Shown here one piece after another: positions 49,542-58,697 of a stretch of 64,000 nucleotides of DNA (position 1 is its first letter; every line of letters begins with the position of its first letter). A program made the position numbers and the translations under genes. The DNA is taken from positions 192,290 to 256,289 of IMG/VR virus record IMGVR_UViG_3300050156_000143. The stretch is one strand, 5' to 3'. The notes under the pieces are model-generated. The model worked only from the letters and a program-made list of their open reading frames with translations. It ran no database searches and was not told where the DNA came from. This DNA comes from a virus.

Positions 49542-50690
49542 ATGGCAACGCGAAAAGTTAAACCCAAAATTGAGATCACGGGAATTGTCCCGTCCCTTCG
49601 CCCTTCCCACGATGATGCAAAATATCATGGGGAGGAACCTGATTTTTTAACCGTGACTCACGATAACCGAAAAATATCGGTCATTCGGGCATGCAATTGG
49701 TACAGTAAATTCTTTGACCGCAAAGATGGGAAGGAATTTATCTGTGCATATTTGGAAAAACGTGACCAAACGGTGTTGGCACAGTTTATGAAGGTTTCCG
49801 ACGCACATGTGGAAATGTCGATTGCCTGGTTAGCCAGAATGGCAGAACGTGGACTCAAACTAACTGAGGATGAGGAGGCAAAACTTAGTTCCCACGTTGA
49901 GTATCTTTTGGGAACAATGGTTAAAGAAAAGCCCGTCAAAACTGAGGAAACGGCCAAACCAAAAATTCAAGAAACGATGCTTGATAAGGCCAGAGAAGCT
50001 GGTGGCGAGTTAGAAGGCCTGTTTGATGAGTTCTTGAATGATCCAAGGTTATCGCACGGTTTAAAGCCGATCGACGAATTGGCCAAAAAGAACATTCTCC
50101 CCCAGCATATTCCCATGTTGGTGAACAGTTGGAATAAAAAGTTGGCAGAATTCAACGAAGTAGCCGATGGCAAAGATCGTCAATTGACAGAAGCCTATTC
50201 CAATCTGAGTAAAGTACAAGTTCGCCACACTATCAAATATATTGAGCAAGTGATTGCGGACTTGAACAGTTATGTCACAGTCAAAAGGACTGCAAAAGTT
50301 CGGATTAAAAAACCAGTTTCCCCTGAAAAACAAGCGGCAAATGTCAAGTTTCTGAAAGAGTTTGAACTCGGGAAACAAAAATTTGTTAGCTTACACCCAA
50401 GTAAACTTATTGTATCATGTGAAGCATGGGTATATGACACCGATAAGAGAAAGTTACATCACTATATCGCAGACGAGTATAGTAAAACGTTTACTGTAAA
50501 AGGCACCACATTGCTTGGATTTGATGGCACAACATCTGAAATGAAAACTTTGCGCAAACCTGAAGAAAGTTTGAAGTCCGTTATGGGCGGAAAACCTGCC
50601 GCTCGGAAATTCTTTAAGGAACTTTCCACCACCCCGTCTGCCCCATCAGGTAGATTTAATGAAAATATGATTATCTTGAAAGCGTTTTAA
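49542..50690 (+). CDS. conserved T4-like phage hypothetical protein
   Basis: AAGGA SD; C-terminal KTLRKPEE...GRFNE.MIILK. Confidence 0.6.
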   Translation: MATRKVKPKIEITGIVPSLRPSHDDAKYHGEEPDFLTVTHDNRKISVIRACNWYSKFFDRKDGKEFICAYLEKRDQTVLAQFMKVSDAHVEMSIAWLARMAERGLKLTEDEEAKLSSHVEYLLGTMVKEKPVKTEETAKPKIQETMLDKAREAGGELEGLFDEFLNDPRLSHGLKPIDELAKKNILPQHIPMLVNSWNKKLAEFNEVADGKDRQLTEAYSNLSKVQVRHTIKYIEQVIADLNSYVTVKRTAKVRIKKPVSPEKQAANVKFLKEFELGKQKFVSLHPSKLIVSCEAWVYDTDKRKLHHYIADEYSKTFTVKGTTLLGFDGTTSEMKTLRKPEESLKSVMGGKPAARKFFKELSTTPSAPSGRFNENMIILKAF

Positions 50691-50691
50691 T

Positions 50692-51288
50692 ATGAAAAAT
50701 TTCCATCTTGTACAACAGTTTCAGTCAGCATTTAACTGCAATATTGGCACCACACCATCTTTTCCCGACAACAAGGAACGCGCATTGCGGTTGCGCCTGC
50801 TGATAGAGGAATATGATGAACTTTTGGAAGCAGAAGATGCTGATGATTTTATTGAGGTGTGTGATGCGATTGGCGACCTGAAATACATCATCAACGGCAC
50901 TTTGGTGTCATACGGTGCGGAATACGTTGCGATCAATAATGCGGTGCATGTTGGAGGAATCCCGGCTTTCCCAACCCATCACACTAGACGCTCGCTGGTG
51001 CAATGTGTTAAACAAATTGTTGATAACATTCGGGTGGCCGAGTTTGACAATCTGTATATCACAGTGGTGATCATGTTATCCACGTTGGATACCATTTTGG
51101 ATAACATGAGTATTGCATATGGCATTCCGATTCAGGAGATATTTGAGGAAATCCATGCGAGCAATATGAGCAAACTTGACGATAATGGTGAGCCAATCTT
51201 TAGAGAAGACGGTAAGGTGCTAAAAAGTCATAACTTCTTTCAACCAAAGATTGAAGAAATCTTGATTAAACACGGGTGGGTCAAATGA
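50692..51288 (+). CDS. MazG-like NTP pyrophosphohydrolase
   Basis: LLIEEYDEL, EVCDAIGDL.YI, EIHASNMSK, REDGKVLK. Confidence 0.8.
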   Translation: MKNFHLVQQFQSAFNCNIGTTPSFPDNKERALRLRLLIEEYDELLEAEDADDFIEVCDAIGDLKYIINGTLVSYGAEYVAINNAVHVGGIPAFPTHHTRRSLVQCVKQIVDNIRVAEFDNLYITVVIMLSTLDTILDNMSIAYGIPIQEIFEEIHASNMSKLDDNGEPIFREDGKVLKSHNFFQPKIEEILIKHGWVK

Positions 51289-51471
51289 GTTTATACGCCC
51301 CCACTCTCCGATCCTTGACCGAGACGGTTTTTGCAGAATGTGTGATGAGAAAATTAACCGTGATGACGCAAAAGTGGTCACGTGGTATTCACATCGTAAT
51401 CGAGGGATGACCATCATTTTGTGCAAACCGTGTATACAAAAGTTAGCAAATATGATCGAAAAGGACAATGA

Positions 51472-52227
51472 ATGAATTTCATCTACAATAGCAACGGATT
51501 ACCGTTTTTGTCAGAATCTGACTTAATTCTGAAGGATTATTTTGTTCGCAGTATTGCGCACGATGTTAAACAAATCATGAAAGAGCAAAATAGGGCATGG
51601 GATTTTGTTCAACTTGAATCGCCGTGTTTGATACCACGTGAACTGATTAACCAAAATTACACCAACGATGATGTTTGGGTACAATCTGGTGACAGCAATT
51701 TAGTTCTCAAACCAGAAACAACCCCAGCAACATATGCGGCAATGGTTGAGCAAGTTCAGGCCCGTAACGTTGTGCCTCCAATTTGTTTTTGGCAGGTCTC
51801 AAAAAGTTTCCGACGAGAGCAAGATCAGCCGACCAAACACTGTCGCTTCAAAGAGTTTTATCAAATGGAGTTTCAGTGTCTGTATACGGCTGATACAAAA
51901 AACAATTATCAGGAAAACGTGGTGGAAAAGCTGGCCACCATGATTATGAAATTGTTGTCTCTACCGACTCGGCTAGTTTTGTCAGACAGGTTGCCATCAT
52001 ATTCAATGAAAACTATTGACATTGAAGTCAACAATTCAGACAAGTGGATGGAAGTTGCTTCTATATCAGTGCGTACTGATTTTCCAGTTATCCCGGTGGT
52101 GAGAGGGAAATCAAGCGAATGTTTGGTGTTGGAAATTGCGATCGGGGTTGATCGATTGATATACAATTATCATCAGCGTCAACGTGTTATTCCTATCATG
52201 ATAGTGGAGAATTGCGTCCAGCCCTGA
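51472..52227 (+). CDS. truncated class II aminoacyl-tRNA synthetase (GlyRS/ProRS-like catalytic core)
   Basis: LKPETT, motif 2 KSFRRE...RFKEFYQME, motif 3 EIAIGVDRL; no anticodon-binding domain. Confidence 0.8.
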   Translation: MNFIYNSNGLPFLSESDLILKDYFVRSIAHDVKQIMKEQNRAWDFVQLESPCLIPRELINQNYTNDDVWVQSGDSNLVLKPETTPATYAAMVEQVQARNVVPPICFWQVSKSFRREQDQPTKHCRFKEFYQMEFQCLYTADTKNNYQENVVEKLATMIMKLLSLPTRLVLSDRLPSYSMKTIDIEVNNSDKWMEVASISVRTDFPVIPVVRGKSSECLVLEIAIGVDRLIYNYHQRQRVIPIMIVENCVQP

Positions 52228-52269
52228 CGTGGTGTAAAGAGGGGCGTGGTGAACATCATTAAATAATGG

Positions 52270-53316
52270 ATGCTATGTGAAAAGATCACCACCCCCAACT
52301 TACTCCAGTCGCTTTCGTATGCCATATTACAAACATTGGCTGAGCAATACAAAACTGGAAATTGCAATATAAGGTACGCCACTAATGTCTATGACCGGAT
52401 CGTCCCATCCGTCGCTATATCTGACATTCGTCTCCCAATATCAATTCGCGAATCCAGTGACGAGGACTTCCTAACGTTTATAAAAACCAACGAGAATTTG
52501 CGAATTAAGATGCGAGCGCAAGTAGATACTGGATTTGTTTCAGTTGACGGGGAGTTTTTTGCAAGAACGAATCTCATCGAGTTAAGGGTGACCCCACAGT
52601 TCATGGACAAATTTGACGAAACCTTTGACCCGCACAAGTTGGGGTCAGTGTTAACCCATGAACTAACCCACGCATATGATAATTGGATTTCAAAAGAAAA
52701 ATATACACACAATAAACTGTCAATGACCGGATTGAGAGCGCAAGGCCATGCGACCGATATGAATTTGTCCCCGGAAGATCGTGTCAAACATATAAAAGCA
52801 TATCGTGGTTCACCCCATGAAATCAATGCCAGATTTTATCAATCTATTCATACAATCCCAACCCCGAATACAGTCAGTTTGCGTGACTTTGTGTTTGATT
52901 TTGCACGCACGTTCGACGGTTTTGAGGATTTGACCAGCGAAGACAGAAAGAGAATTCTATCCAGGGTCGGTGCATATTGGGCAAGCCAAAATCCCACACG
53001 TCGGTCAGTCAATTTGCAGCCAATTGTTGAACGATTGAATGATAAGTTAAACGGCCTGGCTACTGTTCAACTGAAATCTGCCGGGAGAGTTAGCGTAGAA
53101 GTTTCCCTATCGGCGAGCGACACGGATATGAGTGCTGCAATAAAACGCATTTGTAAATTTGCCGATACTTACCACCAAACTGTCGAAATAGAATCCATCC
53201 CTCAAATGATCGCGCGTGAATTTGACTTCAAGAAAAATGCCGGGAGAACCAAACGATTTGATTTGTCAGTACATACTATTGCGTATCGTGAGCCAAAGCC
53301 TAGACAATCGGTGTGA
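52270..53316 (+). CDS. putative zincin metallopeptidase-domain late protein
   Basis: TAAATA-N4-ATG; HELTH...Y..SPHEINAR. Confidence 0.6.
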   Translation: MLCEKITTPNLLQSLSYAILQTLAEQYKTGNCNIRYATNVYDRIVPSVAISDIRLPISIRESSDEDFLTFIKTNENLRIKMRAQVDTGFVSVDGEFFARTNLIELRVTPQFMDKFDETFDPHKLGSVLTHELTHAYDNWISKEKYTHNKLSMTGLRAQGHATDMNLSPEDRVKHIKAYRGSPHEINARFYQSIHTIPTPNTVSLRDFVFDFARTFDGFEDLTSEDRKRILSRVGAYWASQNPTRRSVNLQPIVERLNDKLNGLATVQLKSAGRVSVEVSLSASDTDMSAAIKRICKFADTYHQTVEIESIPQMIAREFDFKKNAGRTKRFDLSVHTIAYREPKPRQSV

Positions 53317-53349
53317 CGGGTATACTGCGTTAACGATAACGTAACCCAC

Positions 53350-53375
53350 AAAAAAGCGGCCTAGGCCGCTTTTTT
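53350..53375. terminator. bidirectional terminator between convergent genes
   Basis: A6-GCGGC-CTAG-GCCGC-T6. Confidence 0.9.
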
Positions 53376-53377
53376 CA

Positions 53378-54487
53378 TTAGTGGATGATAAGGTACGTCC
53401 CAATGACATCGTGACGGTTTGCCGAATCGTCACCATCGCCTGGCACCACGATGACATTCCATTTTGGCGTATCACGTTCAGGCAATTCCATCATTTCGCC
53501 ATAAGTTAAAATAGTTGAGTTATCGATGTGATAGGTTGACGCCAACCGAGCTTTGAACTCATCAAATGCAGCATCATCAATGAATTGCATTTTGCCCTCA
53601 GCGTTGCGTATCAATTTTCTACCAACTTTTTGAATCAGATCGCCAAACATCTTTTCTGGCACCACTCGTGCATGTTTGGTTTTCGTGAAATTGATCTGCT
53701 TTTCCTGGGAGGCTTGCGCTCCTGAGCTAAAATTCATTCTGAAATTTGGCGGACGCTCCGACGTTGCAACTGCCGCAATTTTGGTATATGCGTAAAATCC
53801 AACCGTTGGATGACGTCTCGCAACTCTGAACGCCATTTCCAAGTATTCTGGACTAAAGAAATCCCCGGCGTCATGCCACCGTACTACAATTTTGCTCCCA
53901 CGGTTTTTGTGCTTTTCAATTGCAATTTCAGATGCAATTACTTCCTCGAATCCTTCTGGGTCATTCAACAAAAAGTTCAGCATCTTGGATTGATTCAAGC
54001 TGACATTTTTAAACATGACATAACTACTATCCATTGCGTAGCAAAACGTCTTGCACGCGCCCGCACCTGGACACGTGTCAACTACAACGAATTCGCCAGT
54101 GGATTCATTTACCGCCAAACCTTTTAAGGCCGGTAACCCCACATTGTAAAAAACCGAGGTGGAACCATCGCTGTGCTGCATTTTTTCATTTTGTTTTAAG
54201 ATTGTGGTAGGCTTTGTGGTGATGGCTGCTTTCAATTTTTCCAAATCGTATTTCCTACCTTGGGAATTGACAATTGGTACGTTACTGCTGTGAATATAAG
54301 GATACTCGTATTTGTCAGTTTTTTCTTTGGATTTGCTCTGGATTCGGCCAACATAGTCATCCAGTTCATCGTGACCAAGTACACGATGTTTTGCGCCCAA
54401 TAGATCGGCCTCGGTCAACCCCGAAGAATCATGCACGAATTGTGCCAAACTCACGTAGGTCAAATTGTTTTTAATTTTGTATTTCAT
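53378..54487 (-). CDS. GP88-like (radical SAM-like) protein
   Basis: TCPGAGACKTFCYA, RWHDAGDFFS..Y, FYAYTK; TAAATA-N4-ATG puts start at 54487. Confidence 0.7.
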   Translation of the reverse strand: MKYKIKNNLTYVSLAQFVHDSSGLTEADLLGAKHRVLGHDELDDYVGRIQSKSKEKTDKYEYPYIHSSNVPIVNSQGRKYDLEKLKAAITTKPTTILKQNEKMQHSDGSTSVFYNVGLPALKGLAVNESTGEFVVVDTCPGAGACKTFCYAMDSSYVMFKNVSLNQSKMLNFLLNDPEGFEEVIASEIAIEKHKNRGSKIVVRWHDAGDFFSPEYLEMAFRVARRHPTVGFYAYTKIAAVATSERPPNFRMNFSSGAQASQEKQINFTKTKHARVVPEKMFGDLIQKVGRKLIRNAEGKMQFIDDAAFDEFKARLASTYHIDNSTILTYGEMMELPERDTPKWNVIVVPGDGDDSANRHDVIGTYLIIH

Positions 54488-54547
54488 CGTGTATTTAATG
54501 TCCCCACACAATGGTCAGGTATTGACATTCCGGTGATTCCACAGTGC

Positions 54548-54577
54548 TACACTGCATTCACTGCACTGAAGCAGACA
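54548..54577 (+). repeat. promoter/leader repeat copy 2
   Basis: 29/30 identical to 34548-34577; TTGACA at 54522. Confidence 0.75.
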
Positions 54578-54596
54578 ACCACCAGGACACCAAGTA

Positions 54597-54791
54597 ATGA
54601 CCACCTTCATTCTTTACCACAGCGCCAAAGAAGTTCGCAACGTGATTGGAACCGACATTGGCGATGCGGCCAAACAGTGCCCAGAACTGAGTTCTCCAAC
54701 TTTTGTTGAACATGATGGTAACGTCTTTGCTTATCAATGGGTGGGCGAAAAGGCGTTTGAATTGATCGAGCGCGAATTTTCTCAATATTGA
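54597..54791 (+). CDS. hypothetical protein
   Basis: AGGA SD downstream of repeat. Confidence 0.5.
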   Translation: MTTFILYHSAKEVRNVIGTDIGDAAKQCPELSSPTFVEHDGNVFAYQWVGEKAFELIEREFSQY

Positions 54792-55240
54792 TCCCCACCT
54801 TGGAGAACATCATGAACAACGCCATTTGGGCACCAAAGCCGTTCATGTCTAGCCAAATTTGCGTAAAAATTATGCACCGTGGCTATGAAATTTCCATTGC
54901 GTTGGACGATTCTGCTGGTGCTGCTGACAGCTATGTGCGGACTATGTTGTGCATCTTTGATATCAACGATAACATCGTGACTCACGAATTTTGTGATCAC
55001 CGTGAGTTATACAGTGTCACCAGTCTCGATCTGCAAAAAGTGCTGGAAGCGATTGATCGCAAAAAGGGATATGGTTGGCAAGAATGGCATGGCGTGCGTA
55101 CTGGGCCAAACCTCCCAGACGACACTCAGATTGAAGTAATCATGCGCGACGGTTGGCAAGAACAAATGCGCAAAGATGAATTCTCATGGAGCCATAGTGG
55201 AGACCGGTCTGACATCATTCGCTACCGGATCGTTGAGTAA
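54788..55240 (+). CDS. hypothetical protein
   Basis: C-terminal W-rich domain shared with 7575; start may be ATG 54812. Confidence 0.5.
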   Translation: MIPTLENIMNNAIWAPKPFMSSQICVKIMHRGYEISIALDDSAGAADSYVRTMLCIFDINDNIVTHEFCDHRELYSVTSLDLQKVLEAIDRKKGYGWQEWHGVRTGPNLPDDTQIEVIMRDGWQEQMRKDEFSWSHSGDRSDIIRYRIVE

Positions 55241-55253
55241 GCTGGGGCGCGTC

Positions 55254-55763
55254 ATGAAAACCAAAGATGGGTATCAAATCAACGACAATGGCCACACAAC
55301 GTCTAAATTGTGGCCCCATCAACCCGCCAGCATGTATGAAATCATGTACGCAAAATGGCGGGGAGCCGAAGACCGGGCTGCGCAGTATTACCACCAAATG
55401 CAAAATTTATATTCCACCCCAAAGTGTCCAAGCAGTCTCAATCACGTGTGGATCGTCCTGGTTAATATTGACGGCGATGCTACGGCCAAAGCATTTCGAT
55501 CAAAACCAGACGCAATGAAATACATCACCAAAGAAAAGGAATGGGCGCAATGCGAAACCACGCTGATTAACCAATATTGGAAAGCGTATAACAAAATTGC
55601 ACTCAACACTTTCTGGGACGACACAGATAACGATGACCAGTTCTATGACAAAGTCTGGCAACAGCTTCCGTATGTCGATGACAAAATCAAATGTATGTTG
55701 GAAAACTCATTCGATGAGCAGCCCGGCGTGTCACACACACTGATCAACACTAAGGTGTGGTGA
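55254..55763 (+). CDS. hypothetical protein
   Basis: GGGG SD-like sequence before ATG 55254. Confidence 0.5.
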   Translation: MKTKDGYQINDNGHTTSKLWPHQPASMYEIMYAKWRGAEDRAAQYYHQMQNLYSTPKCPSSLNHVWIVLVNIDGDATAKAFRSKPDAMKYITKEKEWAQCETTLINQYWKAYNKIALNTFWDDTDNDDQFYDKVWQQLPYVDDKIKCMLENSFDEQPGVSHTLINTKVW

Positions 55764-55764
55764 A

Positions 55765-56259
55765 ATGAAAACCGCGATCATCATTGATATTGACAACATC
55801 ACGTTGGACGACCTGGACGTCATTCGGTCATTGCGCCATGACGGCGCCCATTTTTATGCAGTTGGATTGGCTCCCTCCAAATTCAACTACAAAAAGTGTG
55901 TTCAACAGTTGGACTCAAATCGTCCCAAATTTCACCAACTTGTCCGCATCTTTGCTGCAATACCGTCAGATTTGACACTTGTTGCGAACACTGTTGCGTC
56001 CCCGGAATCGTCAGATGTTGCAATTGCCAAGTTAGTTGGGAGCAAGATAGTCGGACATTTTGACCGAGCAGTTTTGGTCAGTAACGACAACAGTATCATG
56101 ATGGTTGGCATCATGTTGAAACAAATCATGCCAACTTGGGTCATGGTGACAAAACACATTAAAAACCATCTCCAAGACACCAACCGGAAAATGCACGGCG
56201 TCCCAATAATTCGCGCAAAACACTGGGGAATTTCAAATCTTTTGGAAAGGTATGTATGA
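55765..56259 (+). CDS. NYN/PIN-like domain protein
   Basis: IIIDIDN, SSDVAI, VLVSNDN. Confidence 0.55.
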   Translation: MKTAIIIDIDNITLDDLDVIRSLRHDGAHFYAVGLAPSKFNYKKCVQQLDSNRPKFHQLVRIFAAIPSDLTLVANTVASPESSDVAIAKLVGSKIVGHFDRAVLVSNDNSIMMVGIMLKQIMPTWVMVTKHIKNHLQDTNRKMHGVPIIRAKHWGISNLLERYV

Positions 56260-56498
56260 ACGGGTCAATCATTGTGTATAGCAACCCTGCAACACAAGCA
56301 TTTTGGGAATCTGGTTTACTCGGGCCATTTAGCCTTGCAATGCTGGTGTTTATCCTGGGTCTCATGTTGGGAGAACGCTGGGTGAATGCACGGTACTCAA
56401 AATTCTCGCCCCAGCGTGACAAAATAACTGGAATCATCTTTGGGGCCATCGTCGTGGCATCGATTGCCACCTTTTACCTAACTTCCAAATATATGTGA
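56256..56498 (+). CDS. small membrane protein
   Basis: IIVY.NP...AFWE plus two TM helices. Confidence 0.5.
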   Translation: MNGSIIVYSNPATQAFWESGLLGPFSLAMLVFILGLMLGERWVNARYSKFSPQRDKITGIIFGAIVVASIATFYLTSKYM

Positions 56499-56505
56499 GA
56501 ACATC

Positions 56506-57084
56506 ATGAAATTGATCGATTTGCTGAAAAATGTGGACAAATCTGGCGAGTCTTGGAATCGCAATACGATCGACCCGGATGATATGTATCGCGCATTTCG
56601 CTTAGGAGACATCCCAGACTGGACAAAGTTGAACGCAGGATTGAGCGCATATTGGATCAAAGTGTGGATGTGTACTGATTCACACGTTGGCGTGTGTGCC
56701 ATTTACCTGCATGGTGAACTGGTGGGAATGTCGTCCCAGTCGGGTCGGAAATCATCGGTGGACTACTCGTGGATTTCACCAGAAGCGGCTCAAAAGGTGA
56801 AAAATTTTGCACTATCTTGCTGCGAAATTTCTGAAGAACTTGGCACCATCTTGACCGAGGATGAACTCAACGAAGACGAAGGGGAACTAACGTCTGTCTC
56901 GTATGCGTGTCAGTTGTTGGACAAAATTGAGGGGTATGTTGATGGCAAGGTTTGCTCCGTTATTGGCGTAAACGAGGGCGCAAACACAGTGTCTGTCAAA
57001 TTCAGTGATGGAACCATGCGGGAATCCGTGCCAATTCGGAAATATAAATTTCCATATCGGGTGGTAAAAGGGGGATCATTGTGA
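56506..57084 (+). CDS. hypothetical phage protein
   Basis: W.CTD..VG...S.QSGRKS. Confidence 0.55.
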   Translation: MKLIDLLKNVDKSGESWNRNTIDPDDMYRAFRLGDIPDWTKLNAGLSAYWIKVWMCTDSHVGVCAIYLHGELVGMSSQSGRKSSVDYSWISPEAAQKVKNFALSCCEISEELGTILTEDELNEDEGELTSVSYACQLLDKIEGYVDGKVCSVIGVNEGANTVSVKFSDGTMRESVPIRKYKFPYRVVKGGSL

Positions 57085-57788
57085 GTGCGATCGACAGGTT
57101 TGATCACGTACACGTCGCCAATTGGTATGGGATCCCCGTCTATTGGCCCCAAGAAGTTTTCATGTCAAGTGACGTGACAGATGAAAAACAAGGTGAGTAC
57201 CAGATTGATGAACACGTATTGGCAGTGGGTGGCGGAAGTGGGGAACATCCTGCGTTGATTTTGGATGTGGACGAATGTGTTCGCCAATGGATGCACACTC
57301 TGAAACTAGCGCTGAACTTCGAGGCTGGACGTGCCGACCTCGGCCCATTTGACCACCCGGATGTTCCATTAGCCACGTTGGACAATTACTTCAACGAGTT
57401 CTACGGTCATGGTCTCCATCGGTGGGGGATGAATTTAAACGAATGGCCACTGGAGACATTCATACGAATCCACGAGGAACGCCAACGTGTCAGACACGGT
57501 GATGAAATGTTGGGTATGCCGTTGGAAAAATACATCATGGTGCAATTTGGGATGTTCATTGCGGAGTTCATGCCACGTGCTTGCATTTCATCGCCAAAGT
57601 TGGGAGAAGCAGTTGATAAAGCGCTGGCAGAAGGTGCAATACGTGAATGCGGCCTTTTGCCACAAGATTTAGAACCACATGGGTTTGTCGGTCTGCTGCC
57701 AGGACAAGAGGGTGGACGAAAAAACATCGGCAATAAAATTCAACACGGATACTCGCTGCACAATTGGCTCCGTGACAACCAAAGTTGA
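57081..57788 (+). CDS. hypothetical protein
   Basis: GGGGA SD; 235 aa. Confidence 0.55.
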   Translation: MSAIDRFDHVHVANWYGIPVYWPQEVFMSSDVTDEKQGEYQIDEHVLAVGGGSGEHPALILDVDECVRQWMHTLKLALNFEAGRADLGPFDHPDVPLATLDNYFNEFYGHGLHRWGMNLNEWPLETFIRIHEERQRVRHGDEMLGMPLEKYIMVQFGMFIAEFMPRACISSPKLGEAVDKALAEGAIRECGLLPQDLEPHGFVGLLPGQEGGRKNIGNKIQHGYSLHNWLRDNQS

Positions 57789-57829
57789 CTAAAACGGTGG
57801 GATTCACGGTGCAAAACACGGTTTTCGAT

Positions 57830-57857
57830 TACACTGCATTCACTGCAAACCCGCAGA
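57830..57857 (+). repeat. promoter/leader repeat copy 3
   Basis: TACACTGCATTCACTGCA then AACCCGCAG. Confidence 0.65.
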
Positions 57858-57882
57858 GCAAACCGACACGAGGATAACAGCC

Positions 57883-58158
57883 ATGAACATCACTATTTCT
57901 GACGTATTTCACAATTCCACCCAATTTGGCGACGAGTTCACCAAAAAATGTTGTTGCGACGAAATTACTCACACTTGGGTTGTTTATGGTGAAGACCCGA
58001 ACTGCGATTTCGGTGGGAGCCACGTACAACCAATATTGGGATATATGCGGGGCACTTTTGACGCAGTCGCACGAGAAGCGTTGAAACACTCCAATTTTGT
58101 CACATGGGGTAGCGGCGGAAAACTGGTCGCCATTGAAATCAAAAAAATCAAGGCCTAA
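57883..58158 (+). CDS. hypothetical phage protein
   Basis: GAGGA SD; GEDPNCDFGG.H..P.LG. Confidence 0.6.
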   Translation: MNITISDVFHNSTQFGDEFTKKCCCDEITHTWVVYGEDPNCDFGGSHVQPILGYMRGTFDAVAREALKHSNFVTWGSGGKLVAIEIKKIKA

Positions 58159-58180
58159 TACGCTTCAAGGACTACAAACC

Positions 58181-58633
58181 ATGAATATTAACCTGACCAC
58201 CAAATTGGCCATCGGCGACAACGCATTTTACGTCCAAGATGGGGGCGCATTTTGCAGCCAAGTGGAATCGATTCTCCTCACCATGAACAACGGTGAGTTG
58301 ACCGTGAACTACAACCTGGCCAACGGTGCCTGCTACCGTGAAAATATGGTGTATGCCACCTTTGCGCAGTGTGAGCCAATGGTTTTGGGCACTATTGTTC
58401 AACAACCTGAAGAATACGAGATTGGTGTGTGGTATTCGTGGGATTCCGCCACTGGGGATTATTGTGGCCCGACACTGAACGGAGAATACGTGAGTGTGAG
58501 TGACACACATACCGGGGACGTCGAATTCGGTGATGGGAAAATCATAACCAACGATCTGGGCTGGGTGTGGAATGATCCGTCATCCAACGACTCTCGCATC
58601 GTCCGGTTCCGCCTCACTAGCAAGAAATATTGA
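58181..58633 (+). CDS. hypothetical protein
   Basis: AAGGA SD. Confidence 0.55.
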   Translation: MNINLTTKLAIGDNAFYVQDGGAFCSQVESILLTMNNGELTVNYNLANGACYRENMVYATFAQCEPMVLGTIVQQPEEYEIGVWYSWDSATGDYCGPTLNGEYVSVSDTHTGDVEFGDGKIITNDLGWVWNDPSSNDSRIVRFRLTSKKY

Positions 58634-58653
58634 CCAACTGCCACCCCATCACA

Positions 58654-58679
58654 AAAAAAGCGCCCTAGGGCGCTTTTTT
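58654..58679. terminator. bidirectional terminator (perfect palindrome)
   Basis: A6-GCGCC-CTAG-GGCGC-T6. Confidence 0.85.
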
Positions 58680-58697
58680 GTTGTATACTCGGCCTAT

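Noticed and set aside
34548..54577. Repeat copies 1 and 2 lie exactly 20000 bp apart
   Set aside because: The third copy does not fit the period; treated as coincidence.
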